Below are positions 13,831 through 26,582 of a stretch of DNA of 64,000 nt, piece by piece. Origin of the DNA: Octopus vulgaris (taxonomy: Eukaryota); contig OX597821.1 of the NCBI GenBank assembly GCA_951406725.2, forward strand, positions 73,966,001 through 74,030,000, written 5' to 3'. A program made the translations under genes and the position numbers. The notes below the pieces were generated by a model. The model was not told the DNA's origin. It was given only the letters and a program-made list of their open reading frames with translations, and did no database searches. Position 1 is the stretch's first letter. Each line of letters starts with the position of its first letter.

Positions 13831-13944
13831 TGAATGGAGTAATAAAGAAGGGAGGGTTTGTTTCTGTAGAGATGACACAGGGAGAGGTGGAGGGGAAGGT
13901 GGAAGGGGAACAGAAGGATGGAAAGAGGAGCCTGGAGAGAACGA

Positions 13945-14360
13945 TATACGTGTGTGTGTCTGTGTGTATATATTTGTGTACGTGTGTGTGTGTGTACGTG
14001 GATATATGTGTGTGTGTGTATATATTTGTGTAGGTGTGTGTGTGCGTGGATATATATGTTCGTGTGTGTGTGTGTGTGTATGTGTGTATATATTTATGTA
14101 CATGTGTGTCTGTGTGTATATATTTGTGTACGTGTGTGTATGTGTGTCTGTGTGTATATATTTGTATACGTGTATGTTCGTGGATATATAAATATATATA
14201 TGCTCCTGTGTGTGTGTGCGCCTGTGTGTATATATTTGTGTACGTGTGCGTGTATATATGTGAGTGTATGTGTGAATTTCTGTGTGCATATATTTGTGTA
14301 CGTGTGTGCGCGTGTGGATATATGTGTGTGTTCGTGTGTTTGTGTGTGTGTGTGTACGTA
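13945..14360. repeat. Degenerate ~30 bp minisatellite (GTGTGTGTCTGTGTGTATATATTTGTGTAC)
   Basis: TATATTTGTGTA recurs several times within TG runs. Confidence 0.75.
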
Positions 14361-14421
14361 TCTATTCATTTATCTATCTAACTATCTATGTGCCAGCTTT
14401 CTCCCTTTCTCTGTGTGTGTG

Positions 14422-14481
<60 letters not shown>

Positions 14482-14559
14482 CAGCTAAGAAGTGAGGATA
14501 AGAAATAGTGATGTAGTCGGGTGGAAATTAAGAAATAAGGTATATCAATGACCAGAGAG

Positions 14560-14602
<43 letters not shown>

Positions 14603-15180
14603 TGGTTGAAGGCTAAAAGAGAGTGAGAGGGAGTAGTAGGAAGAGAGAGAATTTGATTGAGAAGGATAATGAGGGAGATAATGATGAAGAGATTTGGCGA
14701 GGGAATCAGAGCGTTGAAGAGTGTGGGAGGAAGTGATGATTAAATAGAGATTAAAGATTATATGTATGTGGGGTGGTGGAGGGGAGTAAAGAAGGGAGGG
14801 TCGGAGGGAGGTGAGACATGTCCTGAATGAGTGAGGGCTGGAAAATACACAGAGAATGTGTTAGTGTGTGAGAGGGAGAGATAGGAAGAGAGAGAGAGAG
14901 AGAGAGAGAGAATGATACGAGTTAGAGGAAAGAAAAGACAAAAGAGCGGGGAATAGACACTGGTTGGATTTGTTAACGTGGTTATATTTTGGGGAAAGGA
15001 AAACAATGACAAAGAATATAGGAACGAGAGAGACGAAGAGAGAAACAGAGATGAACGGTTGGAATGACTGAAAGTGAGAAAAAGAAAGAGAGAACTAAAG
15101 AAAGATTTCATAAACATTACAAGCGAGAAAGGGATCTCACTTACACTCTCTCCTTGTGTATGTGTGCATATACATATACT

Positions 15181-15247
<67 letters not shown>

Positions 15248-15367
15248 GATTGATTGATTGATTGATTGATTCCAGTTCCAGCCTATGAGCTGTGGCCATA
15301 TATATATATTTGTAAAAAAGAAGTTTGAAAACGCCACTATATTAGATAAATTTTAATTTTCTTATGA

Positions 15368-15413
15368 ATTTTACATGTTTCGGTTCTTGAAAAAAACGAA
15401 CCTTATCAAAAAT
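15368..15413 (-). ncRNA. Minimal hammerhead, U3-A8 covariant core
   Basis: ATTT-TTGATAA-GGTTC..GAACC-GAAA-CATG-TA-AAAT; stems I and II perfect, palindromic ACATGT, GUA site. Confidence 0.7.
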
Positions 15414-15572
15414 ATTATTAAAAAATATTATAAAAAGTGTAATGGAGAAGAAAAGTGTAATGGAGAAGTTCATAAACGTTTCTTACTGTTAATCGCTATA
15501 TTCCTGTTGAGTGTATTGAAGAAGTCCATTATTGTTTCTTGCTGGTATTAAAAGGAACCGCTTTTTTATTAC

Positions 15573-15626
<54 letters not shown>

Positions 15627-15700
15627 TTATATTCGTCATAATGGACCGCTGAAATCTACAAATATTTTTTATTCTCTCTCTGATAACTTTCTCTTATTCC

Positions 15701-15734
15701 TTTCTGTCGAAGAGCGTAGGCTCGAAACGTAAAA
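15701..15734 (+). ncRNA. Minimal hammerhead-like motif, A6U core
   Basis: TTT-CTGTCGA-A-GAGC-gtag-GCTC-GAAAC-GTA-AAA; related to the copies at 51673 and 56519. Confidence 0.55.
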
Positions 15735-15846
15735 TGGTTTTTCAATTTTTCTGAGCGTCAAACTAGCACACTTGCTTGTTGTTCATACACTAATCTTCGT
15801 ATTTTGTTTTTCTATAAATTTCATCTATATATTTACACACCTTATG

Positions 15847-15927
<81 letters not shown>

Positions 15928-16669
15928 GGAGATGTACTTGCATGGCAAATGACCTGGTCTGAAATCGTGTGCTGAAACCAAAAACAACTGCAGCTTAGGC
16001 GTTTATAAGCCATTTAAAAACACACGAAAACCGTTAGATTCGCTTCAACATTTAAATTTAATTTGCCAAAATATTTTTGTCGCTTAATGCAATGGAATAA
16101 ACTTCAGGGAAATTCATCTTGGTCTGTGGCAGCACTTAGGAATGCCTTGCCATCTCTCGTTTTAAATGGATTTATTGCTGTGCCGTCCGGACGGAGGATG
16201 TGTCTTGGAATCTTTATCTGGTAGACCACACTGCCCAACGATTGATGAGAGCTAAATTCTAAAATTATATATATATTATATAAAATCCGTTCTGTCTGTC
16301 TGTCTGTGTGTCTTCTAGGATCTCGGGCATCCTCCATCCGATTACGCTCAAAGTGATATGTAGATACTGACGGTATCAGGGCGTGTATAAGTCTTGAAAA
16401 TATTACAAAAGTCGATTCCAGGTGAGAAAGCGATCGATAAAGTCGTGGGAACGTGAATTTGTAAAATCGTTTTTCTTGGAATAGAAAAATAGTCTATCTT
16501 TATTTCTTATTTTGCTGGTGTCACAAATTTAGCTTAAATCAGTGTTCCTCAAAGGGGAGGCCTATGGGACGGTCGGACAAGTTGTTTTGAGAAAATTTGG
16601 TTTAAATGTTTGACAACTCAGCACCGTCCATTGGACGGGGGGGGGGGGCGTTTTGCTCGTATATATATA

Positions 16670-16932
16670 GGGAGATGTACTCGCATAGCAAGTAATTTGA
16701 TCTGAGATCGTGTGCTGAAACGAAAACAATTGCAGCGTGGAAGGTGTTTGTAAGCCCTCCGCGACCTGTTCACTGACAAAAATCCGTGCTGCATCACGGA
16801 TTTTTGTCAGTGAACAGGTCGCGGATTTTAGCGACAAAAATATTTTGACAAATTAAACTTAAATGTTGAAGTGAATTGAACGGCTTTTGGGTGTTTCTTA
16901 AATGGCTTACAAACACCTTCCACGCTGCAATT
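16670..16932. mobile_element. Tail-to-tail inverted PLE-type terminal repeat with a perfect 31 bp hairpin
   Basis: 16758-16788 is the exact reverse complement of 16795-16825; the outer arms near 16727-16756 and 16903-16932 are also inverted. Same family at 15927-16085. Confidence 0.7.
16803..16852 (+). ncRNA. Hammerhead-like motif with G3-C8 swapped core
   Basis: TTTGTCA-GTGAACA-G-GTCGC..GCGAC-AAAA-ATAT-TT-TGACAAA; 7 bp stem I, 5 bp stem II, palindromic AATATT. G12 reads A in this copy. Confidence 0.5.
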
Positions 16933-17022
16933 GTATATATATATATATAAAACATAGTATAATTATAAACGGGGCAAATTTTAGCCATTTCTCTGCAGAC
17001 TGAACAAAAAAATAATGAACAA

Positions 17023-17063
17023 CCTTAATCGATTTTCAAACCTTATTGGTTTCTCATCAGAGG
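17023..17063 (-). ncRNA. Minimal hammerhead, canonical core
   Basis: CCT-CTGATGA-G-AAACC-aataa-GGTTT-GAAA-ATCGAT-TA-AGG; palindromic AATCGATT. Confidence 0.7.
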
Positions 17064-17440
17064 CGTCTACATCATTCTGACAGTCTCCAGAGAAACGAGC
17101 AGCCAAACTTTTTTTATACAACAGTTACTCTATGAAGGGGTATTCTAATTTGCATACCGAAAGTTTTTAACACTAGGTTCACACACACATCCATAAGCAT
17201 ATTGATCCATACATTCATTCGTACATACATAGTCAGATATCAGATAAGAACATTGAAGCGACACGCAAAGAAATGTCTGCTGTACTTTGTTACCCAGACG
17301 TGTTACAAGATCGTTTGTGTTTATTCGCTCGTTTAAATACACACGAAACACAAACCATTCGGAAATACGCCAACATAGATTCACACATATATACACATAG
17401 AAACACGTTCACACATACAAACAATCAAATAGATTACACA

Positions 17441-17484
<44 letters not shown>

Positions 17485-17959
17485 CACACACCACACACTC
17501 ACTCACAAACAAACAAACAAGCAGATTCCCCACGCTAAATATACGTCTATTAAAACATATACGGCACTTGCTATTTTTTTACGGGCTCACGTCCCATCAG
17601 AGGACACACAATACACATACTCATACAGACGCACACACACACACACACACGCACACACACACTCATAGATGCACACGTACATCATAAACATACTAAGAAC
17701 ACATGCAAGAGCACAGGATTCCACAGTTTTGAGTGGTACGTGACTGGACAATCCTACAAGTTGATCAAATCTTAATCTCACAAATAAGTCTATTAACTAT
17801 TAAACATACAACCATCAACGTGACAAAACAATCCTTAGTCATATATATATAGATGTGTGTGTATATCTGTCTATACATATATACGTATGTGTGTATGTAT
17901 GTATGTATATATGTATGTATGTATGTTTGTATGTATGTATGTATGTATGTATGTATGTA

Positions 17960-17995
<36 letters not shown>

Positions 17996-18165
17996 ATTAC
18001 ACACACATATATATATATATACATGCATATATATATATATGTATATATATACATACACACACATATATATATATATGTACCTATATACATAGATGTTTGT
18101 ATATATATACATACACATGTAAAGACATATATATATGTATACACATACACTCACACACGCATATA

Positions 18166-18220
<55 letters not shown>

Positions 18221-18537
18221 AATGTGAAGAGAAAGAGAGAGTAAGGAAAGGCGAGAGAGTGATAGAGATAGAGAGAGATAGAGAGATAGATAGAGATAGA
18301 TAGATAGAGAGAGAGAGAGAGAAAGATGCATATGTGTGATAACAATACACTATAAATGACATTTTCAGATAAGCTCGACCAACTTAAAACACAATCATAA
18401 TCTTCGTCATGGCTGTCATCGACAGTGAATTCTCAAAGATGGAAAGGAAAAAAATTCTTCAAATCACGGGATTCTACAATTTAGAGAATTTCGAGTTTCA
18501 TATTTGAATTACATTCAATTAAACAACTTGTAACGTA

Positions 18538-18917
18538 CACTACCGTCAGAAATTAATTAGCACCCTTGATTTGCTCTTCACTCAAGGTATGTGCTGTCAC
18601 CTAGTGGCCATATCTCGAACTATTGCTTTGTTGCGAGTTCACTGTTGCGCAGAACGATGACGTAACTTTGTTTACAGAGCAGTTTGAGAGTCTACAGCCT
18701 TATGATGTGGACATAGCAGTGCAACAACAACTTGGAGTGCGGATGCAGACAAATCTTCCTTTGTTTAATAGATATAGGTAGCGCCTCGCAAGGACCGAAA
18801 TCACACCATACTAAGTTTTCTCATCGCGTAAGACGTTTTGAACAGCTCATAGGTTAATTGATTTAACCTATTTAATGTAGAAATTTGAGAAGTGCTAATT
18901 AATTTCTGACGCAAGTG
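18538..18917. mobile_element. Tc1/mariner-type MITE
   Basis: 26 bp TIRs CACTACCGTCAGAAATTAATTAGCAC / GTGCTAATTAATTTCTGACGCAAGTG (24/26 match), flanked by TA on both sides. Confidence 0.85.
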
Positions 18918-19135
18918 TATGTGTGTGTGTGTATGTGTGTGCGTGTGCCTGTCTGTCTGAATGCTTGTGTGTCTATATGTCGAATTATCTATAAGTCTCC
19001 CTCTCTCTCCCCCTTCTCTCTCTCTCTCATTCTCTTTACGAACAAAATATCACTGACAGAAACTGAATTTTTAATTGTCTTAAAATTATGTTTATTTGAG
19101 ACTGCGGCCATGCAGGGGCACCGCCTTGAAGAATA

Positions 19136-19183
<48 letters not shown>

Positions 19184-19207
19184 GTTTATAAATATACATA
19201 TATGCAC

Positions 19208-19278
<71 letters not shown>

Positions 19279-19303
19279 GTGTACATTTAAACATTTGGCG
19301 TAC

Positions 19304-19371
19304 CCGCTGATAAGAACTTCGCCTTGCAAATTATTTTATTTGGTAATTAAAGTTCGAAACCTAAGGTCCGG
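19304..19371 (+). ncRNA. Hammerhead motif with G8A
   Basis: CCG-CTGATAA-GAACTT..AAGTTC-GAAA-CCTAAGG-TC-CGG; all three stems pair, GUC site. Confidence 0.6.
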
Positions 19372-19607
19372 CTGTAAAACATGGTAAATGTTTTTATTTT
19401 TCACACCCTTCGAAATTGCTCTTAAGTGTGGTTTGGACATTTGACTGTTCCTTCTAGCATGTAAAGCAACCTGTTAAGGCTCGCTTCTTTTGGCGTTTAA
19501 ATGTGCACTAATTTTACATGAAAAATATGTCTATTGACATTAAATACATGCTAAGCCACTGCTACAAAAAATTTCTATAACTTTTCCTACCCTATATTAA
19601 TTTCAAG

Positions 19608-19644
<37 letters not shown>

Positions 19645-19805
19645 CACACACACACATAAATATAAATGAAAATTCCGTTGAATTAGGTACTTAAATTGAG
19701 GCAGCTTGCTAGGTCTGTATAATCCGCACATCCAAACAATATTAATTGAATATATATTGAATATGAAGACTCCGTGCAGGGGTGTCTGTACCTGATATTC
19801 CTGCC

Positions 19806-19869
<64 letters not shown>

Positions 19870-19888
19870 TATAATTAAATATTCGAAA

Positions 19889-20009
<121 letters not shown>

Positions 20010-20017
20010 TAGATGAA

Positions 20018-20350
20018 GGCGCATGGCTCAGTGGTTAGAGCGTCGAGCTTACGATCGTGAGGTTGTGAGCTCGAATCCCGGTCCGGGCTGCGTGTTGTGT
20101 TCTTGAGCAAACCACTTTATTTCACGTTGCTCCAGTCACTCAGCTGTAGAAATGAGTTGCGACATCACTGGTGCCAAGCTGTATCGACCTTTGTCTTTCC
20201 CTTGGATAACACTGGTGGCGTGGGGAGGGAAGGCTGGTATGCATGGGCGACTGCTGGTCTTCCATAAACAACCTTGCCCGGACTTGTGTCTAGGAGGGTA
20301 ACTTTCTAGGTGCAATCCCATGGTCATTCATGACCGAAGGGGGTCTTTAC
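20018..20350 (+). mobile_element. tRNA-derived SINE family C
   Basis: A box TGGCTCAGTGG, B-box-like GCTCGAATCC, CORE-like GTGTTCTTGAGCAA..CACTTTA; inserted in (TA)n. Confidence 0.8.
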
Positions 20351-21414
20351 CCCCCTTTTATATATATATATATATGTATACGTATATATGCACACACACA
20401 CACACACAGATATATATATATATATATATATATGATGGGCTTGCACACAGTTTTCCGCAGTTTACCGAATTCCCCAACAACACATTTTCTCAATGCGCTG
20501 TTGAATGTGATCGAATCCGAAGCCACGTATTTACAAAGTGAGTCTCTTAAACAACATCTCTGCCTCTTTGTTTTCTTGACAGTAAAATTACTCATTCTTG
20601 TCAACTGATATGTGATCATGTTGTGAATGCTCGCGTCTCCACATATCTACAGCCATATATGCCTGTGTACAACATATAAGAATATGTTACCATTAGCTAT
20701 ACAGCGTAGAAAATAATATGTATATATAATAAATGTATAATGCATATGATGATATGCATGAAGTAGCGATTGTTTGTATATTTCTTTCTATCTTCCTTCC
20801 TAATATTTTGACTTAAATATTCATATGCAATCTCTAATTTCATATTTAATATGTTTTTGTTATTCAACAACTACAACTGATAAATATAGACCTTCTCCTT
20901 ATATCTCTTCCCAACAAAATTATAGCATTACCAAATTGTAACTTCTAATCAACTTCCTGACTTGTCTACTTCGTTATTGATTGTAAACCCACCCTATTAT
21001 AAATCCCTATTCTTATTATAGTCTTTCTATTTATTTATATTTATTACATTTCTATCAGTAAAAAAATGTGTCATCTTTCTTTTATAAATAAACTATTATT
21101 TACCAGACATTTAACGTGAAACACAGTTCCGCATTTGTAGCACACAACCATTTCCTTAGCATATTCACATCAATAATGGAACTCAAAATACTTACTCTGT
21201 TTGTTTTGTTTTGTTGTTTAATTCATTTACAACTAACCCTTATTACTAACCCTACGACCTACCCTTTTGCGTAGATAAAGGTAGATATAGGGTTCCAGTA
21301 CATTGAAAGTCTAGTAGATTGTGTGGCATTAATTGATTTATCACCATTAACTAGAATACAGTTGAAAACTCCCAAAAGATTTGCTTCTAAATGGTTCAAG
21401 ACTACATTCTACAT

Positions 21415-21708
21415 TGTTGTTTGTTCCTTCTTGAGCCATGCCTGGCTCACAAGGGCCGGTTTCCCGGTTTCCTTAGCGTATAAGTTCCCCACCTGGACGG
21501 GACGCCGGTCCGTCGCAGGTGAGCTGCAAGATGTGAGAGAAAGCCGTGGTGAAAGAGTCAGCAGATGTTCACCATTACCTTTTGCCGGAGCCGCGTGGAG
21601 ATTAGGTGATTCGCTCATAAACACACACATCGCTCGGTCTGAGATTCGAACCCGCGATCCCTCGACGGCGAGTCCGCTGCCCTAACCACTAGGCCACGTG
21701 CCTCCACA
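21415..21708 (-). mobile_element. tRNA-derived SINE family D
   Basis: TGGCCTAGTGG and GGTTCGAATC boxes on the minus strand; head shared with 42395-42770. Confidence 0.8.
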
Positions 21709-21884
21709 CATTCTGCATATATCTATAAGAAATCTTCTAAATATAAGTAACTAAGTCACCACTCTTTGCATCCTGATCGCCACTATTTCCTCTGCTACTC
21801 TCTAAATTATAGTAGACTTAACAAGTTATGTATTATTTTCTAAACTCATTCTGCCACAGATATGACAAAAGAAACAAATGTAAA

Positions 21885-21944
<60 letters not shown>

Positions 21945-21949
<5 letters not shown>

Positions 21950-22041
21950 TCACTGCCTGGAATCGAACCCGGAATCTTGGGTTTAGCAGCCCGCGTTCTT
22001 AACCGCTACGCCTGAATAGTAATGATAATGATAATAATAAT

Positions 22042-22094
<53 letters not shown>

Positions 22095-22280
22095 CAACAA
22101 CAACATCGAAAATTACCTTAGGAATGAGAACCCAGGTTCGAAATTTCCCCAAGACACGTGATGAAGGCTGGAGGGTATAACAGCCGAAATGTTGTGTTAA
22201 CAAGATGAGGACAAATATCCGTCAAATGTAAATCATGTAAATAATGTACATAATTCCTCATCTCTTAAATGTAGAACTGA
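21945..22280 (+). mobile_element. PLE pseudo-LTR (degenerate HHR at 22154-22197) preceded by an inverted tRNA-like head
   Basis: 22103-22280 matches 53341-53462 and the reverse complement of 59076-59250. 21945-22012 is the tRNA-like segment in the opposite orientation. Confidence 0.7.
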
Positions 22281-22284
22281 AATA

Positions 22285-22806
22285 TATAACATAAGGGGGA
22301 TCAGCCATCTGAATGTGGCTAGGGACAGGGCGGGGTGGTAGGGTGTTACTGATGCATTTAGCCCCAGGCGATCATCGACGTCACCAGAAGGGCTGACATC
22401 CATCTCGGTGTCCTTGCCAGCCTACAAAGGGAGATCAGCCTCCCCGAAGATACGGATACTACATACGACCGGTTTCGAGGTTATTGCCTCTTGTCAACGC
22501 ATGGTAAGCACCGTTCTTCGTTGAGGGACTCCCTCTACAGGCTGGATATATAGGGATTTTCACAGTAACCACAGTCACTTGCGTAGAAAATCCGTTCGAA
22601 AACAATAATAAATCTCTGAGCGAGATATAAACAGTAACTGCTCTATAACATAAGGGGGATCAGCCATCTGAATGTGGCTAGGGACAGGGCGGGGTGGTAG
22701 GGGTGTTACTGATGCATTTAGCCCCAGGCGATCATCGACGTCACCAGAAGGGCTGACACCATCTCGGTGTCCTTGCCAGCCTGCAAAGGGAGATCAGCCT
22801 CCCCGA
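22285..22806 (-). repeat. Partial tandem repeat (unit ~359 bp, ~163 bp duplicated) containing a hammerhead
   Basis: 22285-22447 is nearly identical to 22644-22806; a HHR lies in the unique part. Confidence 0.85.
22463..22502 (-). ncRNA. Minimal hammerhead, U3-A8 core
   Basis: ATGC-G-TTGACAA-GAGG-caataa-CCTC-GAAA-CCGG-TC-GTAT; palindromic ACCGGT, GUC site. Confidence 0.65.
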
Positions 22807-22909
22807 CATATACATATTTGTGCATGTGTGTGTGCTTGTGTGTGAAGGTGGTATGTAAACAGTGAAATCCTGTTGTAAGAAACCAATATATCGAATGTTT
22901 AGATATTCT

Positions 22910-23135
22910 TTTATTCATTTATTTGTTTCAGTCCTTTTGACTGCGGCCATGCTGGAGCACCGCCTTTAGTCGTGCAAACCGACCCCAGGACTCATTCTTT
23001 GTAAGCCTATTACTTATTCTATCGGCATCTTTTGCCGAACCGCTAGGTTACGGGGTCGTAAGCACACCAGCATCGGATGTCAAGCGATGTTGGTGTGGGA
23101 AAACACACACACACAAACATATACACACTCATACA

Positions 23136-23186
<51 letters not shown>

Positions 23187-23345
23187 ACACGACGGTCTTC
23201 TTTCAGTTTCCGTTTATCAAATCCACTCTCAAGGCTTTGGTCGGCCCGAGGCTATAGTAGAAGACACTTGCCCAAGGTACCACGCAGTGGGACTGAACCC
23301 AGAACCATGTGGTTGGTAAGCAAGCTACGTACCACACAGCCACTC
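22910..23345 (-). mobile_element. SINE family B, near full length
   Basis: Head, internal (TA)n and the 3' tail GGCGGTGCTCCAGCATGGCCGCAGTC..GACTGAAAC. Confidence 0.85.
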
Positions 23346-24402
23346 ATGGTGAATATTTGTTTCAAACACAATTACAATTTCATGGAGACAACTCGAAAAG
23401 AATGTCATTGAACGGAATATTCATTACAAAGATACACTGGGACAAAAACTGAACTGCGAACAACCGAAATGTTTCATTACAAAGAATAGAAAGACTGATT
23501 GTTTTGCGACAACAGCCGATTACTGTTCACCGTCCAGACGATCTTCTAAGGAGCCTGCAAGTCTGAATATTTAGAGAACGGTCCGAGGTTGGACTACTTT
23601 AGCATTGCTTTATACACAGCTGTGTCAGACATGGCCATCGATACGAAAGAAGAGTGTGCATGTGTGTGTGCGTGTGTGTGTGTGTGTGTGCGTGTGTGAG
23701 TTTATCTTTATTCATTAGTATTCTTTATTTTATGGTATAAAATAGAGATTTAGCAGAACCAAACCAATTCCGCCGATTTATGTTTCTTTGCAGCCTGTGC
23801 TAAAAATATACAATTATAAACTCGTTCTACGTGACTGTGGTAGTGTTTAACTAAAAAGCCAGATATCCACAAGGTTGATAGGCCACTTACCACACTGTTT
23901 GTCCTGAGATAACATCTCCGATAGACTTTTTTGGTCCACATCACTCCGTAAGATTTCTCCGTTTCTCTGCGGTATATACTCCTCCCTGGATGGGACGCTA
24001 GTCCCTCGCAGGATTTTTACCGGCCGAGTAGATTGGAGCAGCGTAAAATGCAGTTTTTTCTCAAGAATAGGACGCATCGTCCGTTCGAGGTATCGAAACC
24101 ACAATCACACGGTCATGAGTACAACACCCAAGCCACCAAGCCATGCGCCTCCACTATGAACGTGCTGTGTTAAAAGCGCAATGTATATCGGAAGGAGACA
24201 AAGATTCGTTCCAGTAGCGGCCAGAGAGAACTCCAGACGCGTTTCAGCACTCTGGTATTCTTTCAATTGCACATACTCGTACGCGGTGCCCACGTTGGCC
24301 GCTGCTGAGACAAATTTTCGTCTCTGATATTTATTGTATTTCTAACGTCCAGCATAGATGTTATCTCAGAACAAATGCTGCTGTAACTGGTCTATCAACA
24401 GT

Positions 24403-24450
<48 letters not shown>

Positions 24451-24750
24451 GTATGGTACGTAGATGGCTATTTTAATTATGAATTTGTAAGAAAGATGGA
24501 GGATCACTGTCGGAACACATTCGCTCTTACTAAGGTGGGAAAAACCCTTGAATTTATAAATATGACGAGACGGTCACGGCTGGAAAATTGGAAAGAAAAA
24601 CTGATTTCTTAAAAATACAGGTTAGTCATGGCTGGTACACATTCGTTCTTATTGCTTGTTACAGTTGGAAAATTTTAAGAAAAACACACAATATCTGTAT
24701 ATATAAAAAGAACGCGATGGACACAGTTGGAACGTTCTTTTTGTTACTAA

Positions 24751-25043
24751 TCTTTATATATAAAAGTGAAGTTGTGTCTGCCTCCTACGATTTAGATTCC
24801 TAACTACACCCACATTTTGCGGTGCAGTTTAACCAAAAGCGGGTATCTTATAGTTGTGATTCATATCGAGCCCTTCTGGGTATTAGCGCGCGTCTACGAT
24901 GAGTCTACGATTTAAAAAAAATTTACCATCATTCCCCATTTTTAATGCATTTTTTGGCTATTATATAAGGGAAGTATCTCTCTAAAAATGCTTATATAGT
25001 TATTTCCCTTACAAACCCGAGCAACGCCGGGCGATACTGCTAG
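24751..25043 (+). mobile_element. Non-autonomous Helitron
   Basis: A|TC start, 3' CCCGAGCAACGCCGGG hairpin, CTAG|T end, no TSD. Confidence 0.85.
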
Positions 25044-25363
25044 TGTTTAATAAATTGATAAAAACAATCAAGGTGATATGAAAGTTGCATTTTTTCGACG
25101 CATGCGCAACGTACAAACTATTTTACGATTTTTTGTTTCGCGGTCGTATTTGTAACGAATTCCTTCATATCTCATGAATGTGTATATGTGTGTATGTGCC
25201 GGTGTTTATGTCCATGTGGGTGAGTGCGTGTGTGCGTCTTTGTATATGTACACACACACACACACACATACACACACACACACATACACACACACGCGCA
25301 CACACGCACACTCACAAACATACACACAAGTATGTATGTATATATACTTATATACATATCTAC

Positions 25364-25411
<48 letters not shown>

Positions 25412-25666
25412 ACACACATACAACCACATACACAAGTGTGTGCGTGCGCGCGCTTGTGAGTGTGTGCGCGCATGTTTATCTGAGCGTGTGTATGTATGCG
25501 TATGTTTGTATCTATGCATCCGTGTACATGTGTTTGTACATTCGCGCAAGCGAGTTTGCGTAAATACGAAACACGTTTTGTCAACCATTTTATATTAAGA
25601 TGCGTCCCTGTTAAAAATGTTTTATATTGTTTGTTTGAAACAGTAAAGTCCCTACCTCGATTTGCC

Positions 25667-26017
25667 CAGAGGTTGTCAACTAGGGTCCATGTGACCCCTT
25701 GGCTATCCACAATAGTCTTTTAAGGGTCCATGACAAAAAACTAATTTTGCTTTAGATGCGTTTATTCCAAGTAACAGCTAGGTTTCTTCCACTAATACTT
25801 TATAAAGCTCAACATATTTCCAGCAACTGCCAAACGTTCCATCAGAGAGTGCCACTGCAAATCTACATTAGTGAATGTGGGAAAAATAAAATAGGAACTT
25901 TGAAAGAATTAACTTTGAAACTAGTTTTTAAACTTGGAATAGCTCTAGGGGCGGGGGCCACTAGAATAAAGTAGTAACCGAAAGGGTTCATACGTGAAAA
26001 ATAGTTGAGAAGCGCTC
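25667..26017. mobile_element. Decayed hAT-type MITE
   Basis: CAGAGGTTGTCAAC / GTTGAGAAGCGCTC imperfect TIRs and GGGTCCA subterminal repeats. Confidence 0.45.
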
Positions 26018-26487
26018 GGTTGGACCTTTAGCGTTTGCAGACGTTACTGGTCTCATCATCAGACTGAAAGCATAGCAGGAATGTTCGAATGTACCGTTCA
26101 GATGTTTCGCAGAAAGTTGGAATGAATCATGAGATTAGTATTACGACTGATAGACTCGAAATCAATGGATTTGGAAATTATGGTCGGTTTGAAGATTTAT
26201 TACCTGTCTGTTCAGTTTTGCTTTGCATTTTGCTATTAATAAAGCGTTCATAATTCTTCTCATCTCTTGTGAAATTCTATTATAATACTGTTTTTCTCTT
26301 GATTGTTCCAGTCATTAGACTGCGGCCATGCTGGGCTACCGCCCTAAAGAGTTTTTAGTCGGACGAGTCGAACCTAGTACTTGATTTTGTAAAGCCTGCT
26401 ACTTATTCTAATTGATATCTTTTGCCGAACCGTTTGGTTACGGGGACGTTGAAACACCAAGACCGGTGTCAAGCAGTGGTGGAATTG

Positions 26488-26582
<95 letters not shown>

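Noticed and set aside
20018-20095. tRNA-like sequences here and at about 21640-21705, 21945-22012 and 42400-42470
   Set aside because: No complete acceptor stem, and each continues into a repeat body. They are SINE or pLTR heads, not tRNA genes.
24230-24250. Minus-strand GAAACGCGTC palindrome typical of PLE hammerheads
   Set aside because: No CUGANGA-like core or stem II upstream.
26024-26070. Minus-strand CTGATGA-TGAGAC..GTCT-GCAAACGCTA
   Set aside because: GAAA box and stem I are disrupted; too degenerate to call.
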